Numbered from the stretch's first letter, positions 9,824 to 21,728 are shown. The stretch is DNA of 64,000 nucleotides from Octopus bimaculoides (GCF_001194135.2 NC_068986.1:106567904-106631903), one strand, 5' to 3'. Made by a program: numbers and translations. Notes: generated by a model not told the origin, from the sequence alone.

Positions 9824-10686
9824 GTCCTAAAGAACTTTTCAACCCAATGTTTAAATGCCATTAGTTATTGCTTTATGATGCAGTTTATGAACCTTCTCTC
9901 GGTAGTTTATAAGTCGCGACAGCTGGAAGAGCCGGATCATGTGATTTCGCCATTCCTTGAGCTTCTCAATGGCCGGAGTGCCGCTGGATACATCTGCTGA
10001 TTCTCCTGTCGGCAATTTATACAATCTCGCTGTCGTGGCAATTTATTCATGTACCGGTATCACAAATAGCCAGTGGGCTTATTCAAAAATAATTAGTAGC
10101 AACAGCAGCATTATTAATACTAAAAGGTCTCTTTACCCAATACAGGGTACAGTATATTGCTCAGTATTTTAGCGCATATATTCTCCAACGAAATAGAAAT
10201 CAACTAATCTTTCATCTGAAAGCATTTCTATTACTTCTGGCATGACAGGAAGAGACGAATCACAATCCATGGAAGTTAAATTTTGAGGCTCAAGCTAAGG
10301 ATCAAAGAGAACTTAACATATTGTTATGTATACCTATAATATAATGAAGGGAGAGAACTTACAATATTTTCCGAAGGTTGCGAGATAAACGTTTGTCAAC
10401 GACCTTTTGGCAGCAGTGAAATAACGTTGGTATGGATAACCAAATATATATACAGGAAGTTAGCATGATACGAGACAGGTAATCTCATTTACTGCCTGTT
10501 AACGAGCAAGGCAGGTAATCTCGTACTTCCTGTGAAAAAGAGGAGTGCCGAAGACAGCTGCAGCTTGGCGCGGATAATACCAAAACGAGAGACGGAGCTG
10601 CATACGGGTCGGACCGATCACCACCTACCATTAAACAGTCGAGGACTGGACATAATCTCAATCTTCGAACATTAATTTCCTTTTGT

Positions 10687-11489
10687 TTACATCAGAATTT
10701 GTCTGATCGTAACAATATTCCGATTGATCTTTGAAAATATGTCCAGAAGATTCTGTTGTTTCATGTGATTTGGTTTTTCTTTAATGAAAACATCTTGCAT
10801 TTTATGTGTGTTGGCAATCCGTCGCTTACGACGTCAAGGGTTCCAGTTGATCCGATCAACGGAACAGCCTGCTCGTGAAATTAACGTGTAAGTGGCTGAG
10901 CACTCCACAGACACGTGTAGCCTTAACGTAGTTCTCGGGGATATTCAGCGTGACACAGTGGGACAAGGCTGACCCTTTGAATTACAGGTAAAACAGAAAC
11001 AGGAAGTAAGAGTGAGAGAAAGTTGTGGTGAAAGAGTACAGCAGGGTTCGCCACCATCCCCTGCCGGAGCCTCGTGGAGCATTAGGTGTTTTCGCTCAAT
11101 AAACACTCAAAACTCCCGGTTTGGGAATCGAAACCGCGATCCTATGATCGCGAGCCCGCTGCCCTAACCACTGGGCCATTGCGCCTCCACTACATTTTAT
11201 ATATACACATTATATTCTGCTCATTAATAAATGTGTTTTGCTCCTTTCCTTGAATCAGTTCCTCGGTCAGGTATCTATCTTTAGGCACATTTTCATCTGT
11301 CGATGCTCTATCGTCATTATCATCACCACCACGCTCATCTGATGTGTTCTTATCAGCACTTATCACCGTATCAGCAGTTCCACTATCTCTGAGCTGGAGA
11401 ACACTTGGAGCATCACTATCAATGTCTATTCTCTCCCGAATAATCTTTTTATCAAATAACTGAGCTACTTCATATAATATACATTCAAC
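10687..11489 (-). pseudogene. Coding-like ORF of unknown family interrupted in frame by a SINE
   Basis: 11489-11190 reads VECILYEVAQLFDKKIIRERIDIDSDAPSVLQLRDSG...EQNIMCIYKM* (99 codons, AG immediately upstream). Removing the SINE and one TSD continues in frame as QDVFIKEKPNHMKQQNLLDIFSKINRNIVTIRQILM* (10797-10687). Confidence 0.35.
10808..11190 (-). mobile_element. tRNA-derived SINE, family C (GTGGAGGCGCAATGGCCCAGTGG head; possibly the octopus OR2 type), full length
   Basis: A box TGGCCCAGTGG, B box GTTTCGATTCC; TSD cattttat at 10798-10805 and 11193-11200; homologues at 25353 and 39175. The family name is tentative. Confidence 0.92.
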
Positions 11490-12131
11490 CTATTCTAATG
11501 TAACTACAAAGATTATGTTCATTATCACCGTTAATATATGTGATAGATGGCCATTATTTATATCAACTTTGTATAGAATTATCCTGGAGTAAATTGACCC
11601 AAGACTTTACTATACTCCAAATTACATCTTTCACATTAAATTATTTCTGAAAATGTCGAAAGTTTTTCACATAAATATATTTGTGCATCTGGTTTTCAGC
11701 GTATGACGCATATCTTGCTCTAAAGGCTGGAGTATTAAAGTATAACTGGTAGGTATATAAGCAACACATACATTGTCCTTGATTAAAACTTCAGAAAAAG
11801 ATGTGTAGAGGCCTTATTAAAAGTATTTTGCCTTCATGAGTTAGTGCCACAGATTAACAATGAACCCTGGCTTCATGCACAAACTTCTTTAAAGACCAAT
11901 CGGTGAAAATATGCGTTTTAAACAAAGCTGATATCATAAGTATATAGATACGTAACCAAAGGAGCATACCCCCACGCTTGCTCATATGTACAGAAATACA
12001 AACAACAGACCTACAAATTTAATCAATTATAATTTCTCCCCAAGCACCTCTTCATAACTTCTCACTCTAAAAATATAATTGCCACTCCACTAAAACCCAC
12101 ACACCCAAGGAGATGTTTAACATAGACTATA

Positions 12132-12690
12132 CAGGGTGGCCCAAAACGTAGGTTTACAGTATTCACGTAGGTTTACAGTTACCAGGTTTTAATTTCAGCT
12201 TATGCATTAAGAGTTGCAATGATGTACTTGGTATGGATAGTTCTAGAGAAGCACTTCGTGTGGACTTCTTTGGACTGTTCACAAATGTCATAGCCACTAA
12301 CATCTCATTTATTTTCTGTCACAGAAGTCTTAGGGCGTCCAGAGTTCGGTGCATTGCTCGCTGAACTTGTGGTATCAAATTTATTTCTTATCTGGTAAAA
12401 TGTCTGGTGTGAAGGTAGAGGAGTGTGAAAGGCTTCTTGTATTTTTCAGACTTCCAATACTGTTTTGGTATCCACTTCCTTTGTTCTTGATTTCAACTGT
12501 TTGCCATGGTTCACACTTTATAGTACCTGTAAAAAAAATAAAGATTACAAACCGAAGAATGAGCTTGACAAAATGAACTAAATTAGCATAGAATAATAGT
12601 TTCATATTTTATAATTAAGATCTAAACTGTTAATATATGAATGCGAAAGAGATAGTTGAATAACTGTAAACCTACTTTTGGGTCACCCTA
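12132..12690 (-). mobile_element. Internally deleted Tc1/mariner element with TIRs and TA target duplication
   Basis: TIRs cagggtggcccaaaacgtaggtttacagt / actgtaaacctacttttgggtcacccta; TA flanks; minus strand encodes a transposase N-terminus (EQRKWIPKQYWK...IRNKFDTT...SGRPKTS...SPKKSTRSASLELSI) that stops before the DDE domain. Confidence 0.88.
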
Positions 12691-13018
12691 TATAAAACTA
12701 ATAATAACTTCAAAGTATCGCAGTCCGACAATGGCTTAACTCGCCGAACCTAAGAAGTCACTTTGAATATTATTCTCGTTTAGAAATAGTAAATATATGT
12801 ATATTTATGCACGCCCACGCACACAAACTCACAGACGTATACGCACATATTATATTTGTGTTAATATACATTCATAAATAAATACTTATATGCGCGAATG
12901 TGTGTGTGTAGTTATTATGTCAGTGTATATTAATGTTCTCGATAAACTGTTAACTTTACGACGAGATTAACCTCAATGCTGTTGCATCGAATTTTTCCCT
13001 CATTTTAATTGGAATCAA

Positions 13019-13072
13019 GCTTTTCTTTCCGCTGATGTGCTTTTCTTTCTGCTGATGTGCTTTCCTTTCTGC
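13019..13072. repeat. 20-bp tandem repeat, about 2.6 copies (ttttctttcygctgatgtgc)
   Basis: Direct read. Confidence 0.85.
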
Positions 13073-14071
13073 CATCAACGATTGATTTATCCTTTAAGTC
13101 GTATATACTTTCATTCAGCTGCATTGCGTATTACTTTATATATATATATATATNNNNNNNNNNNNNNNNNNNNNNNNNNNNNNNNNNNNNNNNNNNNNNN
13201 NNNNNNNNNNNNNNNNNNNNNNNNNNNNNNNNNNNNNNNNNNNNNNNNNNNNNNNNNNNNNNNNNNNNNNNNNNNNNNNNNNNNNNNNNNNNNNNNNNNN
13301 NNNNNNNNNNNNNNNNNNNNNNNNNNNNNNNNNNNNNNNNNNNNNNNNNNNNNNNNNNNNNNNNNNNNNNNNNNNNNNNNNNNNNNNNNNNNNNNNNNNN
13401 NNNNNNNNNNNNNNNNNNNNNNNNNNNNNNNNNNNNNNNNNNNNNNNNNNNNNNNNNNNNNNNNNNNNNNNNNNNNNNNNNNNNNNNNNNNNNNNNNNNN
13501 NNNNNNNNNNNNNNNNNNNNNNNNNNNNNNNNNNATATATATATATATATATAGCCTGCATTAGATAATCATCATTGTATTGTCTGGTGGTATTATTTCC
13601 GAATTCTTTTTCAGTTGTGTAATGTGATGTGCTGCAGTGGCTTTTGGATTATAGATGGAAGTGTATGGGATTTTATAAATGCGATTGTTGAAGTTAGTAT
13701 ACTTATAATAGACTTCTATTAAGAGGGTTATGACAAGGATTTCAAGCCGATATGCTGTATAGTTAAATGTGCTTAGGTAAAATATTCACCCGCTTTAATG
13801 CATGGATTCAAATAAGATACCTAGTATAAATGAATACGTCTGTATATATTGTTGTCTGTTTTCGTGAGCCTTACCTCAATTGTATTCTATCTGCAAAATA
13901 TGGTCAATTAATTTCATGTCTTATTTATCGTATAGTCTTCCTGCGCTGGTTTTGTATTAGAAAGGAATGCAAAACTTACCTCACTAGGTTTTCTTTTTAA
14001 CAACAAACTTTATACCTTGGAGCTATCAATGTAAACCAGCTTAACTCGCATTGTAATAAAGATATATAGTA

Positions 14072-14483
14072 GGCGCAGGAGTGGCTGTGTGGTAAGTAGC
14101 TTACTTACCAACCACATGGTTCCGGGTTCAGTCCCACTGCGTGGCACCTTGGGCAAGTGTCTTCTACTATAGCCTCGGGCCGACCAAAGCCTTGTGAGTG
14201 GATTTGGTAGACGGTACCTGAAAGAAGCCCGTCGTATATATGTATATATATATATGTATATGTATGTGTGTTTGTGTGTCTGTGTTTGTCCCACCGCTAT
14301 CGCTTGACAACCGATGCTGGTGTGTTTACGTCCCCGTCACTTAGCGGTTCGGCAAAAAAGAGACCGATAGAATAAGTACTAGGCTTACAAAGAATAAGTC
14401 CTGGGGTCGATTTTCTCGACTAAAGGCGGCGCTCCAGCATGGTCGCAGTCAAATGACTGAAACAAGTAAAAGAGTAAAAGAGT
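14072..14483 (+). mobile_element. tRNA-derived SINE, family B (GGCGCAGGAGTGGCTGTGTGG head, internal microsatellite), full length
   Basis: A box TGGCTGTGTGG, B box GGTTCAGTCCC, CORE-like ggcaccttgggcaagtg, (AGTAAAAG)n-like tail; homologues at 15447, 24574, 52629 and 55102. Confidence 0.92.
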
Positions 14484-14499
14484 ATTTTAGTTTCCCATG

Positions 14500-15440
14500 G
14501 GTTGCCGTTTCAGCCTCTGAGGATACATCGTAATTCAAGTTGCCCTCGTCCGCCCTCCTTCGTTGACTGCGCCGGAGCCCTCTATCCTCGTGTCTGTCCT
14601 ACCTCTATCCGGCTCCCTTCCCTTCACCCACAACTCCTATTCACAAGCTTAGCAACACACCATATTGTACATGCAATCGAAAATGTCCCGTCGTCTCTAT
14701 CCTCGCTGGTACGTAACACCTTCCATTCTATGTCAATAGACCCTTCAATAACATGCACAGCCAGCCATTTCATTTACTGCATCCTCTCCTCTTATATGGA
14801 ATAACCAAGATGATTTTTGGCTGACTTCTGTTGAACACTTACTGGATACAGGACTCAAGAAGGGCTCTCTAGTTTTCACATGACTTCTATTCAGTTGATT
14901 ACTCTCTTCAACCTCTATGTTCGGTTTGTTCCTGCATGGATACCATCGGAATCTTCTCTCCGTTTAAAGCAGAAATAATTGTTTTCCTTCCAGACATCGG
15001 TTCTGAATGGTTTTAATTCCAAACCACTTTTCCTTTACTCCACATCTCTCCATTCCACAAACAACCCACTTTATACATTGCAAGTCTCCTCATTCAAAAC
15101 ATCACACGCCCCTACATACTCCTATTAATGAAATACCCAAATTCATACATAGCCACAATTTACACATACACGTTGCTTCCACATATACTATCTTCTGTAT
15201 ATACACTGACACAAATACTTCAGTTACAATCCCACATGCTACACATATGTACACACAAGAAAATATTAGCGCCCCTCCAATTCCCAACCCCTAGAAACAA
15301 TTATGTCATCTGTTTCCATATAAACATGTTTATCCGGTATAGACAGACACAACAGCTCCATACAAACATACAAACAAGTACACATATGCCTAAAGTGAAC
15401 TCCCTAATACTGACAATCATTCCCCATGTTTTGAAGGTCG
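14500..15440 (+). mobile_element. Degenerate Penelope-like element (GIY-YIG plus C/A-rich tail)
   Basis: SITCTASHFIYCILSS-YME*PR*FLADFC*T...LRLKQK*LFSFQTSVLNGFNSK matches the PLE pattern FTCxSxNxIYCI..YIGET.R.LADRF.EH...LIF.L.T..PNGLN. Confidence 0.75.
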
Positions 15441-15446
15441 GATACT

Positions 15447-16535
15447 CTTTTACTCTTTTACTTGTTTCAGTCATTTGACTGTGGCCATGCTGGAGCACCG
15501 CCTTTAGTCGAGCAAATCGAACCCAGGACTTATTCTTTGTAAGCCTAGTACTTATTATATCGGTCTCTTTTGCTGAACCGCTAAGTTACGGGGACCTAAA
15601 CACACCAGCAACTGTTGTCAAGCGATGTTGTGGGGACAAACACAGACACACAAACATATACACACACATACACACACACACATATATATATNNNNNNNNN
15701 NNNNNNNNNNNNNNNNNNNNNNNNNNNNNNNNNNNNNNNNNNNNNNNNNNNNNNNNNNNNNNNNNNNNNNNNNNNNNNNNNNNNNNNNNNNNNNNNNNNN
15801 NNNNNNNNNNNNNNNNNNNNNNNNNNNNNNNNNNNNNNNNNNNNNNNNNNNNNNNNNNNNNNNNNNNNNNNNNNNNNNNNNNNNNNNNNNNNNNNNNNNN
15901 NNNNNNNNNNNNNNNNNNNNNNNNNNNNNNNNNNNNNNNNNNNNNNNNNNNNNNNNNNNNNNNNNNNNNNNNNNNNNNNNNNNNNNNNNNNNNNNNNNNN
16001 NNNNNNNNNNNNNNNNNNNNNNNNNNNNNNNNNNNNNNNNNNNNNCGAAAGGATGAAAGGCAAAGTCGACCTCGGCGGAATTTTAACTCAGAACGTAACA
16101 ATAGACGAAATACGGCTAAGCATTTCGCCAAGCGTGCTAACGTTTCTTATTTCTTTATTGCCCACAAGGGGCTAAACATAGAGGGGACAAACAAGGATAG
16201 ACAAAGGGATTTAAGTCGATTACATCGCCCCCAATGCGCGATTGGTACTTATTTAATCGACCCCGAAAGGATAAAAGGCAAAGTCGACCTCGGCGGAATT
16301 TGAACTCAGAACCTAACGGCAGACGAAATACTGCTCAGCATTTCGGCCGCCGTGCTAACGTTTCTGCCCGCTCGCCACCTTCTTTCAGTTTCCGTCTACC
16401 AAATCCACTCCCAAGGCTTTGGTCGGCCCGAGGCTATAGTAGAAGACACTTACCCAAGGTGCCACGCAGTGGGACTGAACCCGGATCCACGTGGTTGGTA
16501 AGCAAGCTACTTAGCATACAGGCATTCCTACGCCT
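15447..16535 (-). mobile_element. Family B SINE split by a nested family A multimer and an N gap
   Basis: 3' half at 15447-15690 and 5' half at 16381-16535 are collinear with 14072-14483. Confidence 0.85.
16046..16379 (-). mobile_element. Family A SINE head-to-tail multimer (at least 2 units; runs into a gap)
   Basis: Two units joined at gctaacgtttc|ttatttctttattgccc (16146/16147), the same junction as in the trimer at 35588-36226. Confidence 0.88.
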
Positions 16536-18202
16536 ACATGCACGTTTCTTATCTCCAAACAATTTTGTCAAACTATCATACATTCCCCCCAAATTTCAGG
16601 CCTTGTACCTTTACCAGAAAGGATTATAACTGAAAAAAAAAAAAACAAGCATTAATATCTATGTGAGACTTCATATTTGTGTGTGTGAGTGTACGTGCTC
16701 GAGTGTATGAGCTTGTGTGTGCGCATGTGTGTGTTCACCCCACCCCCCGTATTCTCTAGTATGTAGCAGTCACTTTATTTCCTGCTGCCACCAGGAATGG
16801 TGTTCAATCTGTGTCTTCTACAACTGTGTCCTATTTTTGCACCTCATTGGAAGCCATGTCACTTCCAGTTTTCTTTTCTTCTCACTCGCTCGCTCCCTCT
16901 CTCTCTCTTCTCTCTCACTCTCTTTCACTCTCCCTCTATCTCTTTCTTTCTTTCTTTCTCATTCTTTGCTCCGCTCTTCCCTTTATATTCCTCACTATCT
17001 CTGCCGAGTTACCAATACCTTCTTCACTTCTCTGCTTCCCATTCTTATTGATTTAAAATTTCTCGTTCTGCTTTTCCTCTCCATTTCTCTAATCTCCTTA
17101 ATTTCTCTTACAACACTATTTCTTATAACTACCATCTCTTCTTGCATGCAGCCCGCTCTTCATGCCATTCATTGTAATCATTCTTTTAAAAATGCATTTT
17201 GATAAAATTTCGCCTCATGTCAAATCATTTGAATACGTCAAATTACAGTCATAACCAAATGTAGTCCCCCTCCGCCCTTTTTTTTTTATCGTTATTCACG
17301 GAATAAAATCACAAATGTTCCTTACAAAAAAATTTAAAACAGGCAATTTTAAATCTGAATGCAATTGCTCGGTAAAAAAAAGATAAATATACTTTTGCAA
17401 ATGTGAGTGCCCCGTGTCTAATTCGTGTACATAGGCATATGGAAATATAAGCCAACGTCAAAGAACGGGAGAAAAAGGAGACTGAAAGTTTTGGGGAAAA
17501 AGACAGTAGAAGAATTACGAATGATGGTCCATAGAAAGAACAGCTACCTGTGAAGTTTCAAGTATACATTGTAAGCTGAGCGTATGTGAGAGTTTCAAGT
17601 TGTCATAAATAAAAAAAAAATCAAGGTGTCCTCTGAAGAATATGCTTGTTGCTGTAATACACCTGAATGCTGAAGTTGAAAACCGCATTGAGAAAATGAT
17701 ATCATTGTGAAATGCAAAGAGAACAATCTCTTATGCGTGCCCGTGTGTGCACGCACGCACGTGTTTGTGTGTATGTGCGTCCGTGTGTATTTGAATAATG
17801 CAACTCAAACAGCTCTATAGAAAAAAACTTCATCAAAAAAATCTTTGTACTCCATTTGAATACTTGTCCTTTAAGACATTTCCAACTTTGACACCGGACA
17901 TGCAAGAACTTAGTTTTTTTGTCAATGGTTTTATTTTGCTGATTATATAATCCAAGACATCACCTGATAATTCGTTATCGTAACATAGCTTTGAGCCACT
18001 GAATGAAGAGTAGAAAATGATCCGATAATTTTATGAGATTAAACTTTTTGATTATTCAAAAAATTATTGTCAACTTCCGCGTCTCCCACTACATACACAG
18101 AAACTTAAACCTAGCCATCACTCGGAAGCTCGTATGACATAATACCTTGTGCCATACTGTAGTTAACTGTTTTAAGTATGTTGCAGACGGGATGAGGCGT
18201 AG

Positions 18203-19481
18203 GCACTGTGTGGGTCCTTCCGCATTTGACAATGAATAACATCCAAAATGTGTCAGCTAGAAATGAAAGGTTGCGCCAACATTCAGCTGATACTTATTTT
18301 GAGGTACGTTGATAAGAACCATGTGAAATGAAGTGCATTTAAGCAGAATTTCCAGTTATACGATCTAGCATGTTCACTTAAGAAGCCAAGTGATAACGCA
18401 TTGCAGATTTGCTTCGTGCCGGAGTTGCAATTAGACGTATTGCTCAGACTGTTGGGGCCTCTATAAGCACTGTCTACAACGATAAGAACTGAATGCTGGA
18501 TATTGGAGGCATCAAGAGAAAGCAAGGAAGTGGAGACATAGACAAAAAACGAGATGATGCATTTCTTAAATTTCTCAAAGCTAAAATTTCGAAAGACCCA
18601 ATACAGCCATGAGAAAATTTCCATAGACATGGAAGTTGATCCAAAGACCATCATAAATTCTGTACACGCTGATTTGCATTTGGGGGTCATACGTGAAGAC
18701 CCCGAGACACCTATTTACTCATGCAATGAAATCCAAATGGCATGGAAAAGCCAAAAATGTTTTGCGATACCTGAAGCACGATGGACAAACCGCCAAAATC
18801 CTTTCAGATGAAAATATCTTTACCGTTGAGGCTGTTTTAAAACGTCGCAATGTCCCATACATTGCAAATCACCGTCTGAAGTAAAGGGCGTCTTTAGGAC
18901 TAAGCCGACAGCTCTAGTAATGATATTGGGAGATGTGGCCTCTCCATTTTTTCAAGTCCGGGAAAAAGGTGGGGGATGACGTTTATCATAAAGTTCTGCG
19001 GCATATGGTTTTGTCTTGGCTGAAATATAACTACCGCAACGGTAATTATTTGTGGACCCAAGATGGTTCTCCTGCTCATACGGCGAAGAAAGTGTAGAAA
19101 TTCAGCGAAGACAACTTCACCGACTTTTGGCCTGCCAACTTCTAGAAGCCCAGATTTGAACTCCCTAGACTATGCTGTAAGGGACAAATTGGAGCACTCT
19201 ACCAACGGAACTTCGGATCGAGGTCTTGACCACTTTAAGCAACTTCTGAAGGAAGAGTGGGACAACATGTCTGAGTACTTCATCATGAAGAGTTGTGACG
19301 CCTTCAGGCGGCGTGTGAACACTGTGGTGGACAATGAAGGCAGACATATTGAATAAATTGTCCCTTTATAGCCCTATAAACTTGTATTAAAAATATATTT
19401 ATGTTCGGTCGTTGGTTGTTGTTATATAAACAATTTGGTGAATTATCTATTATCTTCCAAGCTTTGCTTCCCCACCCAGTG
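18203..19481 (+). mobile_element. Near-full-length decayed Tc1/mariner-superfamily element, DD37D (maT-like) transposase pseudogene
   Basis: Reconstructed RIADLLRAGV...ILSDENIFTVE...WTQDGSPAHTAKKV...FWPA..SRSPDLNSLDYAV...EGRHIE*; D-to-D spacing fits 37 after restoring the frameshifted WP; degenerate TIR-like gcactgtgtggg (18203) / cccacccagtgc (19470). Confidence 0.88.
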
Positions 19482-19499
19482 CATATATACCGAAGCATA

Positions 19500-19590
19500 A
19501 GTGATGGGGTGAATCTATTCGACTGAACACTTGTTCAGTCGAAGGCGGTGCTTCAGGATGGCCCGATCCAATGATTGAAACTAGTACAGG
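19500..19590 (+). mobile_element. Degenerate 3' fragment of a family B-like SINE containing an 11-bp hairpin
   Basis: gaaggcggtgcttcaggatggcc...aatgattgaaac resembles the family B tail; ttcgactgaac-actt-gttcagtcgaa. Confidence 0.6.
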
Positions 19591-19611
19591 ATAAAAGGTA
19601 TGCATGCACGT

Positions 19612-19810
19612 GTGTGTGTGTGTGTGTGTGAGGAGGGGGGGGGCAGGTGTACGTGGGCGTGTGTGGGCGTGCGTGTGTGTGTGTGCGTGGGCATGTGTGT
19701 GTATGTGTGTGTGCGTAGGCATGTGTGTGTATGTGTGTGTATGTGTGCGTATGTATTTGTGTGTGTGTGTGTGCGTGTGTGTGTGTGTGCGTGTGTGCGC
19801 GTGTGCATGC
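19612..19810. repeat. Degenerate (TG/CG)n microsatellite
   Basis: Direct read. Confidence 0.9.
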
Positions 19811-21074
19811 ATATACGAATATATGTATAGTACGCACTTGGTTCATACGCGCAATTACACAGTATCATGCACACTTATAAAGAGAAATCCGTCTTCAGGA
19901 GAAAGGTATGTTACACAGTCCTTTAATCTTTGAATCGCTTCATATGTTAGACAGCGTCCTTTGTGATATATCAGCTGCAAATGATTTACTCAATTTTAGA
20001 ACATGTCCCCTTCGGAAATTTCATTTTCCTTAGCCATTCCTACAATTGGTTACAAACTACGCGGAGTGTTATAACCAAATATCTCAAAATGATTTGCACT
20101 TCTTATTGCTGATTAAATGATACTAATTTAATATCATAAAAAGGAAGCGTGACGAATAATGATGAGAGCGTCAAAACATTTTTCGAACCTCCACATCTCA
20201 TCTTTTATTTCACCTTCATTTCCTTACATATATAATTCCCTGCACAACAAAACTATTGTTTAAAATGCAGGTGAAAACAAAACTGAATCTTGTGATAGAT
20301 ACAATTGTCGCCTATCTAACTGTCATCGACTCATCTAAATAATGTATATACATAAACAGCCTAATAATATAAGAGATCATAAATATACAGAAATATTTAA
20401 TATATTTTCAAAGATATTCAGAATATTATCCATTCTTAATGAAATTTTAATGAAAACTTTAGATAGCAATTTAACAAAATTACAGTATAATCAAACATTG
20501 AGCTGCGAATCCAAAAGTTGATAACTCATCTCTGTTATGAAAGTTTCATTGTTTTCTATAATGATATTATATAATGTATACTAAACGCGCCACAATTTGT
20601 GAAAGTATATTTAGAAAATAATTGTTCTTTTCAGATATTGGTATCCAATTCTAAAATATTATTTGTTCATCACAAAACGAGTACTAGACTGGAAGTGAGT
20701 CACTGGTTAAACATAAACCGATATCATTTCAATGTCCTGAAAAGCTCACTAATCCATAAATCACAGGAACTTATGGTGCTAATTCATAATATACACGACG
20801 TGGCTATTATAAGGACTGCTTTCATTCAAGATACATGCAACAATTCGTTAACGAATATCTAGTTGAATTCATAAATTAGATGAAACGAACACTAAAATGG
20901 CATGGTAAATTAGCTTGACAGTGAGCTTAAGATCAATGTATAGTATCTGATGAAGCTACTTTATCTATAGTATTTGATGTAGTCAGCTTTCAGTTATTTT
21001 TGATGGCTGGTTTAGAAAAATACATTAGCTTATAAAAATACATTAATATTAACCCCTTCATACTCCAGTGTGTC

Positions 21075-21551
21075 TCCGTAATATCTATGAAGCAGCAGTT
21101 CGACCTTGCATTCAATATTACTGATATCTTCGGGACGGGCCTCCTCTCAGTGTCTTAACTTGTTTGATGGAATTCAGAATCAGTTCGTTAATATGGTGAG
21201 TCCTCATATTTTTTCTACTCTGTTGGAGTCTTTGGCTTATCCTCGAAATATAACTTAACTTCGTTGTATCTTTTCTATAATATTTCCATAGACATTAGTC
21301 TGATCAAATTTCTGGTCTTGTATCATGCAAATACCTTTCAACGTATCACTCGCTTCTCTTCTCAGGCGCATAGCTTTTCTGTTGAGCCTCGTTTTCATTA
21401 TAAGTCCTTTTATTCTGATAGTTTCTTTCCTCGAACTGCTGCTCTTTGGAACTCATTGCTATCGTCTCGTTTTTCCTGATCTATGGCATTCAGGCATTTA
21501 AGCTTTCTGTCAACCAACAGAAATTGATGGCCTTATGCCAAAATGTAAAAC

Positions 21552-21600
<49 letters not shown>
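21075..21600 (+). mobile_element. 3' end of a CR1/L2/Jockey-group LINE with an (ATT)n tail
   Basis: RITRFSSQAHSFSVE...YSDSFFPRTAALWNSL...AFKLSVN matches the typical LINE C-terminal SFFPRTxxLWNSLP motif; ATT repeat follows. Confidence 0.75.
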
Positions 21601-21608
<8 letters not shown>

Positions 21609-21667
21609 GTTGTTTTTTTCTTCTTTCTTCAAATTTTCTTCTATTTCTCGCCGAGTGTTTTCCGTAC

Positions 21668-21728
<61 letters not shown>

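Noticed and set aside
9850-10294. Minus-strand frame interrupted only by TAA codons (alternative genetic code idea)
   Set aside because: TAA is the commonest stop in AT-rich DNA, the context is clearly metazoan, and four events are too few.
11700-11748. Resemblance of AYLALKA to a macro-domain helix (AYLAFRA)
   Set aside because: A seven-residue similarity with wrong downstream spacing and no neighbouring exons is not enough for a family call.
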